Assembly: GCA_028023455.1 (NCBI GenBank)
Contig: JAQFVV010000006.1
Coordinates: forward strand, 15,500,001-15,564,000
Length of the DNA stretch: 64,000 nucleotides
Source: Epiperipatus broadwayi
Taxonomy: Eukaryota > Animalia > Onychophora
Reading direction: 5' to 3'
In this document: in pieces, positions 52,669-64,000 of the stretch
Position numbering within the stretch: the first letter of the stretch is position 1
Layout of the letters: every line of letters starts with the position of its first letter
Notes under the pieces: model-generated
What the model was told of the DNA's origin: nothing
Seen by the model: only the letters and a program-made list of their open reading frames with translations
The model's database searches: none
Translations under genes and position numbers: made by a program

Positions 52669-53570
52669 TGTTATATCATTGCTAGTCTATTTGATATTGC
52701 CGTATCCTGAGGGTCTCCAAAGACCAGGCAGGAAGATAAATAAATAAACAAGATACTTTGAAATATATATATAACCAAGATTTATTTAATAACAATAATA
52801 ATATGATAAAAGATCAAGTCAGATGTCACACGACTTAATTTAATAAAGCTTGTATTTACAAATGTTACATATAGAGCTCGCAAAATAAGCGAATATCCTG
52901 GCACCTCACTGATAATGCCATAAGCAGAAACCCGTCTGGAGTTGAAGATATTCTCAAAGCTTGTTATGAGCTTATTTTGCAAGCTCTATAAATAACAATA
53001 ACAATGTGGTAAAAACAACATAAAAAAATCATAATAGTCCATTAATATTCATATGCTATATTTTTCTCGGATGAAAAATAGTTTTCTTTCACTCCTGGAG
53101 TAATCCAGTTATTACATTTGCGCTTTCAAATCAAATGTCTCTTGAAGTACAAACAAACATATCTAATTTCACGTATAGAATAAGTCTATTAAAGTTCGCA
53201 ATATTAGTGCTTACCAGCATGGAGAAATTATACGTTTGTATTAACTACCTCCGCTATCAACTTCTTTCTCTGCTGTTTGGTTAAGCTTCCGTTAATTACC
53301 CTTTGCTGGTAATAACCTTTTCACTACCCAAACACTTACTGCTTCTCATTTGCACTATTCCAGACTTAATCATTGCTTGTCGGTCTACTAGTCTATCAAT
53401 GAGCCAGTCTTTACTGCTAATCTGTCATTACTTCAAACCAACACTAACTTTAATCCAGTCTAACTATTTTAGCTGCTTCCTCCTTTCTTCCTTTACAACA
53501 GGGATATCTTATATACAATCTAATTTGTATGCAATTTATGTATGCAATTTATTTTATTTGCATACAAATT
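52669..53570 (-). mobile_element. Possible solo LTR-like segment
   Basis: Minus strand ends ...GATATAACA after an AATAAA-containing U5-like region; other end not defined. Confidence 0.25.
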
Positions 53571-55911
53571 TTATTCTAATTTAGTATTTAATTTTTGACG
53601 ATCTCTCAAGCGAATTTCTAGAGTAAATTTTCTCTTAAAAACAATTTTTTTTTTATTTATTTACAAAAATAAATAATCTTTTATTTATATATACGGTTTT
53701 ATACTATGGACATTTCAGATAGATAAAATATCTTTTATTTGATACAATAAATTGGCATTAGTGTTAAAAAATATGGGCATTACAAGTTTATTTAAATAAT
53801 ACTTTACGAATTTTGCATATATAGTAACGTATTGTTTGTTCCACGCACGATATTTACTTTCAATATAAACAAATTTTCTAATGTTATCAATTTTGAATTT
53901 TTTCTTTATATATTCTTTCTCATGCACTATTGTTTATGTTGTGGGCATGTTCATATATTATTTATATCTCTTCTCTTTAAATTCTGTAATATTGATTTCA
54001 GTGCTCCTTTATCTTTTTCAATGATTTCTCTCTCTTTCAGGATCACGTGGGGGGGGGGATAGGAGGGGCAGCAACCCCAGGATTTACAATATTAGGGGCC
54101 TCAACTTGACAACTCAACATGTTAAACAAAAATACAGGAGAAGACAAAGTAATGTCATGGCTCATAGAACAGCCTAATTTTACAGTTAAATTCCCCCAAA
54201 AAATATTGGAGAAAAACTTTTCCAAGCAGGCATACCATGAGTCAAAAACATACGCCAGTTTAGGACTGAGGTGTGATGAAAGCGATTGCAGCACTCAGCA
54301 ACTTGCAGAGCTAATAGTCTCAGTCCCCTATCAGTCAGTTCTGCGCTAGCAGTGTTTTACAATACTAACAGTGCTAGAGTGAATCTATCCTACTCAAGTG
54401 CTATCTGGATCTGATCTGCTTGCTCATTTCTGTGATTTGAAACTAACTGCTATTGCAGTCCTGTTTTTGGCACTGTAATTAAAAATTCATTTCTTTTCTC
54501 TCTCTCACCTCTAAAATATTAGTTGCCCCGGGCCTCTCATTTTCTCTGATAGGCTCTGATCTCATCTGCATATTTTAAGTTGCTTATTACATTCCATGTA
54601 ACTATATTTTTGTATATATATATTTATACTATTATTTTTTTCAGTTGTCAAATGAATACACTCAATAAACAAAAAATCTGTTCAATATTCCATTTTCTTG
54701 CACTCGTTATATTAAATAAAGCTTCTAAACTTTTACTGTTTTGTAATTTTAACAATGTTTTTAATCAATTCAGTTCTCTGAAAATTTCTACTATCCAGCA
54801 GACTTTTTCAGACTTTTTGTTTTCTTCCCTTCTTATTTATTTTCTAAATAAAAGAGAACAATAGCTTTGAAGAAGGCTTCTATTCAGTCAAAACTGTCAG
54901 ATAATTGAAGTGAATAAAGACAGTATAAAAAGTTAATATTTAGATTTATTTACCAAGAAAAATTTCCATTTTATGTCTTATTAAAATTTAAACTGTATAT
55001 TTATTTTTTTTATATTTTTTTTCACAGCTCTTTTGGATTATCATAGATGTTATTCAAAAGAATAATTAGTTTTTTAGATACTTTTTATGATTCAGCATTA
55101 CTATTGATTTACATTGTCAAAGGCTTTTTAAAAATCAACATAGAAATAAGTTAATTCCTTTTATTTTGGATTTCTCTATAATGAGGTATGAAGTATGTTA
55201 TCTTTTCTATAATTGTTTGCTTATCTGAGAAGTCTTTCATTATTTGAACCTTTAATTTTTTTATTTAAGTTGTTTATTAAAACTTTGCTTACATTGTTTA
55301 TTAGTGGAGTGAAACAGTTATTTTCATATTTGGTTTTGTTTCATTCTTTATAGTCTCTATGGATTGTGCTTTAATTACTGTGGATTTTCCCCCCATTATT
55401 TTTACACTATATTCGGTCTGGTTGATCAAAATGAAACAAGAGGTACATAAAGACCATTGTTGGATTTCGTGTTTTGTATGAACTTCCACCCCTCCCCAAT
55501 AATAAAAAAACAAACAAAAATTAACCAATATTCATATCACGACTAAATATCACATGACCACCATTCTTTATGCTTCCACAAACTGTTTGGAGAGTTTTGC
55601 TTATGTGTCTTCATATCACCAATTGTCATGGTAGAGGATGAATGTAAATTAGATAACAATGAATCAGATTCACAAATAAAAGAGACCATCTATATATTGC
55701 AATTAAAGAAAGATTGCCATGAGGAAAAATAAATATAAATCATATAGTCTCTGCAGTGGTAAGTGTTTGAATATAATAGGTATAATTCAAACCAGTTTTA
55801 TATAAATCTTTACACGTCTCAAATGGGAATAAGAACATAGCGCAAACACACTAATAATAACCTGCATTCTGTAACTGTTGTTTGTTAGAGATCCATGATT
55901 CAGATGAAACA

Positions 55912-56131
55912 ATCAAAGGCAAAACTCTCCATACAGTAGTGCCAATCAAAGGCAAAACTCTCCATACAGTAGTGCCACCTGTGCTAAACAGAGTAATCAA
56001 TGGATGCCAGAAGACTTGAGCATAAAATCCCTATCTAGTGCCTACTCTGGCATGCACTGAGTGGCACTACTATATGGAGAGTTTTTCCGGTTTTAACAGC
56101 TTGAGTAAGCACAAGAAATGATCATGTGATG
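55912..56131. mobile_element. Family B fold-back copy with 33-nt terminal duplication
   Basis: AATCAAAGGCAAAACTCTCCATACAGTAGTGCC twice, then minus arm to CCTACTC and plus arm GCACTGAGTGGCAC...GATCATGTGATG. Confidence 0.85.
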
Positions 56132-59100
56132 AAACAATAACAACACAAAAAACGAATGGGAGATTACTTAAATAAATATTTAATTTATCAAAATGAGACT
56201 GGGTATTTTGGATAAAACATTCTCTACAGTCGGGAAGCAAACTTGGGAAATAAAGTTCGGAAAGTCAATAATGCAGTTTCATTTTTAAATAGGACATGGG
56301 GTGAATGGATATCATTAGTTGTTTTGCCAACCACAAAAGATGTCCAGTAGCTGAAAAAATACATTGATTATATCATGTGCAGAAGACAATTGATGTAACC
56401 AAATGTAGAATAATAAAGTAAAGGTAATGATGAAAATAAAATGGCAAATTATTTTCTGGTCCACTACAAATCCAATAAATTGCACTTTTTTTAAATTATG
56501 ATTTTATATCTATTAATCATTGAAGACACAATCAAATATTTAATTTAGCCCCAATAATTTTTAAAAAAGCAATTAATATTAACAATAAGCATCTCCAAAC
56601 TGCAATTTCCATGAGTTGTAGTTTGAACCCATACTTGTTAAAACTTTCAGATTCCAACCCAAACTTTGAATTTTTCTTTCAGGCAACCAGGGCATAGTTA
56701 GTCAGATAATAAGATAAATAATCAAATACTTTTATTGCTGAGGAGTTTATAACTGATGTCAGGACATTACTATTCAAAAATCTGATCCTCTACTATATTG
56801 CACTGTTCCATGCAGAGTGGATCATTTAATGATAATCAGTTAAACGCATTGTCAGCCGCTTGGAAGATCAAGTGACATTGGGTTTTGATCCACATACTTA
56901 ACTGTTGGTCAATCACTTTATTGTTGTGTTTAAATCTCATAGAATAAAAAAGGCTGTGGAATAGTTCATAATGTCATCTTCCAGCAAAGTCTATAATTAA
57001 TACTTTTTTTTTTCTTTTTTTTTCTAATGAGAAGCTGAAGGAGAGACATTCACCCCTTGCAATGCTCTATTTAATAAGTGTAATTGGCTGGACATATTTC
57101 TAGAAGAGATGATAATAGACGAACAGTTGAAATCCTGAACTGGATTCGAAGAGATTGTAAAAGACCTAGAAGGAAACCATGTGTGAGATGGATGAAAAAA
57201 GAAAAGGTGTTGTAGTAATGTGAAAAAGAGCGGCTAGAGATCAGAGAAGATGGATTGAACTTAGAGAGAACTTCATTCATCTGTGGATCTATAGTAGTTG
57301 AAAACGATGATGACTTTACTATCAACAATAAAAATGAAAAAAACCCAATGTTGGACCCCAGTTTTGTCATTTCCGAAATATTATTAGGTATTATGTATTT
57401 ATTAAATAAAAAATAATATACTTTTTTTAAAAAAGCATGGACTGTATTTAATACTAGCTACGACGGGAAAAAATATATACTAAATGCGTTTCTTTTTTAA
57501 ATTTTATAAAATAGTTACTAGATTTTCTAATAGATGTCAGGAGAGACTAGCTAAACTTTGTATAAATAATTCAACACTGAACAGCTTTTAATAGTATGTT
57601 GACTTAAAGGGCAAAACATAATTAATCTTTTTTATTATTATCTAACTCTTTAATTCCCACATTAAGAGTTTTTTTTAGTATTAGATAATAAATACGACAA
57701 GCTGTCACTTTAAAAAAAATTGGAAGGTACATTTATTAAATACTCTGCACATAAAGGCCATCTTAGTTACGAACAATCAATAGCACGTGATCACTGATGG
57801 TAGGAGGGTGCTAATTGACCCCCCCCCCCCAACATAATTTTACTTATTGTTTTAATATTTAAATCTATATTACATATTCATTTCATTACGATTGTTTGTT
57901 TATTTAATGATTTAAATTATTACTTGTAATTGCGGCAAATTAATAAAACTAGCTGGGAATATCAAGTAACAAACTCTTGTTTTTTAGTTTAATAAATTTG
58001 CAATAGATGGCGCCAAAATGAAATAATGCTTTTATTTTAACCTAATCTCCCCACTGTTTGAAAAATGTGTAAAAAAAATTCTCACGGCAATGAAGTTAAA
58101 TTCAAGAACTTATTTTAAAACGGAAAGGGAAATCTCAAAGTAGATTCAGCAAATTTTATGAATCATCTCTAGAAAACACTGAGTTTATTATGTCCTATCT
58201 AAAATCTATATACTTGAGCTAGATGTAATTACAGGGGTTTGGACCCAGGCTTTCAAGCTCCATTCAGTCATCAACTCCATCTTACACAACCAATACACAT
58301 GACCACATATATGTGAAAAAAAAGTAAATAGATCTCCAATATATGTATTTTGTGCTGAATCAGCATTAACCAGTTGGTCCGGATCATCTCCCACATATAT
58401 ATAATCAGTGTTCGATTTATATTAAGATAGCACATCTTCAAACTTTAATGAACCAGCTTCAATCTTCTTCCTCTCCCCAACTCTTCAGCCATCCATGCCT
58501 GATATAAACCGAGGTTAAATAATAGTTTTGAAAAGAATCAAGTGACGTAGAATCTTAAGTTATGCATGAACATGCTATGATTAAAAAACTGAATTTAAAC
58601 AAATACTACTTTATCACATGACTCCATGCATGGACAGCTGTTTTGGCAGATTACTCTTTTTGTTTCTCCAACAGCTATGTTGCATAATATAAATTTATGC
58701 TGTTTAATGTAAGTTTGGCAACTAAGAGATTCAGATAATAAAGCTTAATAAATTCCTAACTAGAGCTACCCTATCCAATATGCCCAGACTAATTTCTAGC
58801 TTATGGATTTCACATGTGAGAAGCTTTGGATTTTGCGAGAGTGCATTTGAATCTTAGGATCTAATGCATTTTCTTTCTGTCACTCATCATTTACCTCTCT
58901 TTCTAACTATAAAATTATCAGCCCAAGTTGAAAAACATGAATGTTTTCAATCTAGATCAACTTTTTGTATATATTTCAATATATATTATAGTGTTCTTAG
59001 TTTTTTTAACAACTGTGGAGACCTTTACCTTGTAGCCAAAATTGGTATAAAATTAATAAAATAGACATGACTCTATTATATGACTTCAATTGTGTGTGAT

Positions 59101-59269
59101 TTACTCAGTGATGAAATTTTGGCCTCAATTGCATTCTCGGATTATTTACAGAAACAAAATAACATAAATACATTTTGTGGGTTGACTGCTGCAGTAAAAT
59201 TATGGGTGTAAATGTGATCTTTTGAAGAATGTTTGGCGGTTACCAATTAATAATTTGATATAATATACC

Positions 59270-62180
59270 CTAAAAGCAAACACCTGTCAATGAAGATACT
59301 CACAGCCCTTAAATATTATTGTAGTGAGCAATAGATGATGAGACATGTATATTGTAAATGGTAGCGTATTCAGTAAAGTCACATAGCACTGAAAAATAAT
59401 GCTGCTGAAAAATGCATAATGTGATGAAAATGCCCTAAATGAAAGAATATAAAATTGACACTGACAGTGTTTAACAATAATCCTGATAAGCAATAGATAA
59501 TGTGATGCAATATACTCTAAAAGGAAGCATATTACATAAAGAGACTTGTAGCTTCAGAAGAATGATGATGAGTGTTTCATGATATGCCACAATATTCTCT
59601 ATAACAAAGCATTTTTATATAGAGAAATTGTCCTAAAAAGTGATGATAGCATGATAGATATAAGCAATGAAGATGTGAAACAGTCTGTTTTTAAAAAAAA
59701 CCCTTTGAAACAGAGACAATCACAGTCTTTAAGAATAATGATAAGTAAAAATTATAAAACATAATGGTCTTAAAGAAAAGAATTGGAATGAGAATTCACA
59801 ACTGTAATGAGTGACATTGATAAGACAGCAGATGATCAGGTACGATACATCTCTAGAAACATGCACTTAAAGAAAGACTCACAGCTCTGAAGAATGATCA
59901 GTACATGAAGTGGCATAATTTCTTTGGGAAGCAATATTATTAAGCAGAGAGCATACTCCAAGCAAGATTGTGGTTAATGAAGTATGCCCTGGAAGTAAAC
60001 ATAAAGTCCACAGATGTGAAAAAACAAGATGATAAATAAAGATTGATGTGATACACTTTGTTTAGAATGCAGTTATCTAAGATAAAGATTCACAACCTTG
60101 AAAAATTATGATCATGAGGGATGGATAATATGCCATCACATACCCCAAAAGTAAGGGTCTAATGCAGAGTCATTAGAGACTAACACTACAACAATGTATG
60201 GTGTGACACCAAATATCCTATAAGCAAACATCTAAAGCAGAAAGTCTCACAACTCTGAAGAATGGTGGTGATAAACAGTAAATGATATAACATAATATGC
60301 TCTAAAAGCAAGCACATATGATAAAGACTCATATTCCTAAAGAACAATGGTGATGAGAAATAAATAACATCATATAATATGTTCTAGAAGCAAACCTACA
60401 GGCTAAAGAAATTTGCATTCCCCTAAAGATTGCAGGGTCATAACCATGAACAGGGTGATGCAATGTCCTAAAACAAAGAAAACAAGGAGATTGGCATTCT
60501 TAAAGAATGATGGGGGTAAGAAGTAGATACTATAACATTTTATGCTCTAAAAGAATAGAGAAACTTACAGCTTTAAAGATTGGAATGAAGAATTATGTTA
60601 TGCAATATTCTCACAAGCAGTCACATATAACAATGATAATCACAGAGATAAAAAATAATAATGTTGAACAATAGAAGCTGTATAGAAAATGATGAGAAAT
60701 ACAGACTTGAAAAATGGTAACAATGAGTGAAGCATGAATATGTTGTAGAAATAAATATTTAATGTAGAAGTAATCATGGCCCCTAAGAGTAATGATAATA
60801 AGCTGTGAATGACATATTATACAATCAGTCATCTAAAATAGAAAGGAGTTCAGATTGTAATGATTAATGGATAATATAATGCAATAGGCCCTAGAAGCAG
60901 CATACAAATTAGATGAATTCACAATGCTGTGGAATAGTGAGCAATAAATGATATATCTCAATGGGCATTGGAAGTTATTGTCTAAAGTATAAAAATATAA
61001 AGCCCGGAAGTACAATCATGTTTGATGATATACAGCAAGCGTTAGAAGCAAGAATCTAAAGTAGGTTAACACACAACCCTCAAAAATCATGGAGCTCATT
61101 CATAAATGATATGGTACAATATGCCATATAAGTAAGCACCTAAAATAGATTATTGCTACTCCAAAAATTGACATTGATAAACAATAAGTGAGATGAACAA
61201 AATTAAGGAAATTCACAGTCTTGAAGAATAATGGTAGATATGTAATGGATAATGAGATGAAATATATATTGGAAACAGACATGTAAACTAAAAAGAATTC
61301 CAGTTCTGAAGACTGATGATGATGCAATGCAAGTACCCTAAAAGTAAGCTAAGGAGGTGCATTAAACAGAGACTTGTAGCCTTAAAAAATAATGAGTGAT
61401 AAATTATTAGGATACAATAGATGTAAGCATATAAAATAGTGAGACAGATTTGAAAGAATGAGAGTGATAAGAAATAAAGGTGATGTGTCCTATAGTAATA
61501 CATGTAAAATATGACTAACAGATACTGATTAATGGAAGAGATGAGTAATGAATATACTTTAAAAGTAAGCATCTAAAACAGAGGAAGACAGCTTTAAATA
61601 ATGATGACAATAAGCAATGAGTACTGTGAAGAATATACCCTCAAAGAAAATATATAAAGTAGAAAGGCACAATTCAATCTGCCCAAGAAGCATGCATACA
61701 AAGTAGACTCACAGATCTGAAGGGTGATAGTAACAAGCCTGGGATGACATGATACTAAACATTCTTGAAGCAGACACTTAAAGCAGAGAATTTCACAGCC
61801 CTGAAAGACATTGTGGTGAGCAATGGTATGCACTAAAGTATGTATATACAGTAAAAACACAGCTGTTATCTGTGATGATGAGTAATTTATGTTATGATTC
61901 AATAGACCTTAGAAGTAAGTATGCAAAAGTGAGAGACACACAGCCTAAAAAATGATGGTGATGATGAATAAATAAGAAATTATGATCTGGAGGAAAACAT
62001 ATAAAATAATAATTTTTTCAGATCTGACCAATGATGATGATGATGATATGATAAAAATGCCTACAGAGATTCACAACCCTGCAAAATGCCAGAAATGAAT
62101 AAAGGCTATTGTGTCCCTAGAAGTAAGCATATATAATGGAAAAAGTTGTCACTCTGAAGGATGAAAATGATGAGCAATGA
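59270..62180. repeat. Diverged tandem array, unit about 75-84 nt, roughly 35 copies
   Basis: Recurring CTCTARAAGCAAGC...GAGACTCACAGCTCTGAAGAATGATGRTGATGAGCAAT motifs; anchors at 59721, 59797, 59880 and 60217, 60301, 60383. Confidence 0.8.
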
Positions 62181-62444
62181 TTTCTTATTTTCTGATTTTT
62201 TCTTTATTGAAGTTAATTTACAATTTTCATCTGCCATGAGTAGATTTTGTGATGATCGCTATATATTTATTACATATGCACACACATACCCAATTTAATA
62301 GCATAATGGCGAGAAAAGTAAAAGAAGTAGTAAAATCTAACTATAACTAAAAATTTAATATGAAGTTAATAAATGTAGATGCATACTAAGAGCCAGTTTG
62401 AATTTAATTCTTTACCTATTTGATCTGCATATAAAATCATATAT

Positions 62445-63031
62445 CTCATGATTACCTACATAAAGATAACAGAGCCAAAACTCTCCATGCAGTAATGCCA
62501 CTCACGCCAGACTAATCGATGGATACAAAAAGATTTGTGCATAAAATTTTTACCTAGTGTCTCATGATTACCTACATAAAGATAACAGAGCCAAAACTCT
62601 CCATGCAGTAATGCCACTCACGCCAGACTAATCGATGGATACAAAAAGATTTGTGCATAAAATTTTTACCTAGTGTCTGCTCATCCAATTCCGTCAGACT
62701 AGTTTATAGCTTGCAGCTTTGATCAATGACTTTACAAGCAAATGAACATGGATTGAATACATTATAGTTAACTAAAAATGTAAAAGATGGCTCTGGAGAA
62801 TTGCATTATATCCTAAGATCTAGATGCAGTGCTCTCAGATCCAAAACTCCTCACTGACAAAAACCACAAACTAGAAACTAGTCTGGGGATATTGGATGAG
62901 TAGGCACTAAATAGGGATTTTATGCACAAACCTTCTTGCATCTATTGATTACTCTGGTCTGCACTGGGTGGCCTTATTGTATGGAGAGTTAAGGTAAGAA
63001 ATGATGATCATGTGATGTTTTGCGGTTTAAT
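62445..63031. mobile_element. Family B: inverted partial copy (with ~116-nt tandem duplication) followed by a long plus copy; decayed HHRs at about 62690-62728 (-) and 62848-62888 (+)
   Basis: TCCTCA-CTGACAA-AAAC(cacaa)ACTA-GAAAC-TAGTC-TGGGGA; tail ends GCGGTTTAAT. Confidence 0.85.
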
Positions 63032-64000
63032 ACATAAAGATATGCACATTACTGTATCAGCACATAACAGACTTCCACTAGCTTCACCAATATGTGACTC
63101 TACTACCAAAAAAATAAATTAATCATTAAAGTATTTCTTTTGTTGTATCTCAATCCCTGAGTGTTAATTGAAAATGCTCTACTAATACAAATATTTATAT
63201 ATTCGTCATCCATTCCTGGCGACAAAAAACTACAATAATGTAACTAACAGATAAAAATAAATATTAAAATTTATACAAATGCAAATATTGTCTAAGAGAC
63301 AAAAAATAATGATATAAAATATTTATATGTTAATTTATTGATGTTAATTACAAGAAAAACAATATTTTATTGTTCGTTCCAAAAAATTTATTCGCTCTGA
63401 AGATAAAGCACTAAACTTATCATGCGGAAATAAGTAGCGATGAGACGTAGAAGCAGTCCTTTTGGTACTAGTTATGCGCATTGATAAAAAGCAAACAAAT
63501 CTTGGCCAAACTTGTTTCTAGCACTGACATAATTAGCAGCGTCTTTAAAAAAGAACTCCAGGCATTGCTTAAATTAATTTTAAAAAAAACAAACAGTTGA
63601 ATTAGTTATATTTACATAATTAGGCAAAATATTGACTGATTGTTGTACTATCGATATTTTCAAGCACAAATTTATGATTGATTTTTTTTTTCTGGGAGTG
63701 CAGTCAGCACTGCTTATGGTCCAGTTGCCACTGTCCAAATGCATTTCCTTCATGGAGTAAAACCACAGAAATTCAGTCTCCTATATTTTCTTTACATTTT
63801 TTTTGTTTGGTTCCAAGTGTTCCAAGTGCCTTGGGGATTTAGTGCATGGCGGAATCTGGAAGTCTGTCAATTTCTCTGTTTCAAAAATTGAAACATAGAA
63901 ATTGACAAATTCCTAGCAACAAATACTCATCTCTAATGATTGTAAAAATGTCACTCATTATTAGATCTTTGCTGAGTACCGCTTTCCATGTCAGAAATTT

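Noticed and set aside
54038-54560. hAT-type MITE (CAGG...GCCCCGGGCC...CTCTG)
   Set aside because: Termini too degenerate and no 8-bp TSD.
594-61902. Most short ORFs in the six-frame track
   Set aside because: Low-complexity F/I/L/Y/K-rich products of AT-rich DNA, or antisense shadows of TE and Set1 sequence; no recognisable domains or splice context.
59270-62180. Satellite as a hammerhead array or a decayed C2H2 zinc-finger gene
   Set aside because: CTGAAGA recurs but is not followed by a stem II hairpin and GAAA. The period is near 84 nt, but no consistent CxxC/HxxxH codon pattern can be read.

Overview
AT-rich, repeat-dense animal genomic DNA; the SET1 protein sequence and repeat content suggest an arthropod, possibly a chelicerate (inference). 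The only host gene I can support is the 3' end of a Set1/SETD1 (KMT2F/G) H3K4 methyltransferase on the + strand: three coding exons (<2-112, 8379-8636, 15844-16017) with GT-AG introns of about 8.3 and 7.2 kb. The remaining ~48 kb shows no recognisable host exon. It contains decayed RTE-clade and other LINEs, a mariner remnant, a Gypsy gag remnant, a young TIR element, three Penelope-like (GIY-YIG) remnants and a 2.9-kb diverged satellite. The main signal, invisible in the ORF track, is a dense set of small non-coding repeats carrying minimal type I hammerhead ribozyme (HHR) motifs. They occur as circularly permuted tandem monomers (about 455 nt family B, about 360 nt family D) and head-to-head fold-backs, the architecture expected of retrozymes / non-autonomous Penelope-like elements. 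There is also a tRNA-headed HHR SINE, a nested chimeric Penelope palindrome inside a Set1 intron, and a third circularly permuted family (C, about 330 nt) with covarying hairpins but no canonical ribozyme core. All alignments and folds were done by eye; none of the ribozyme activities, family names or species assignments has been verified computationally. Family letters are my own labels.
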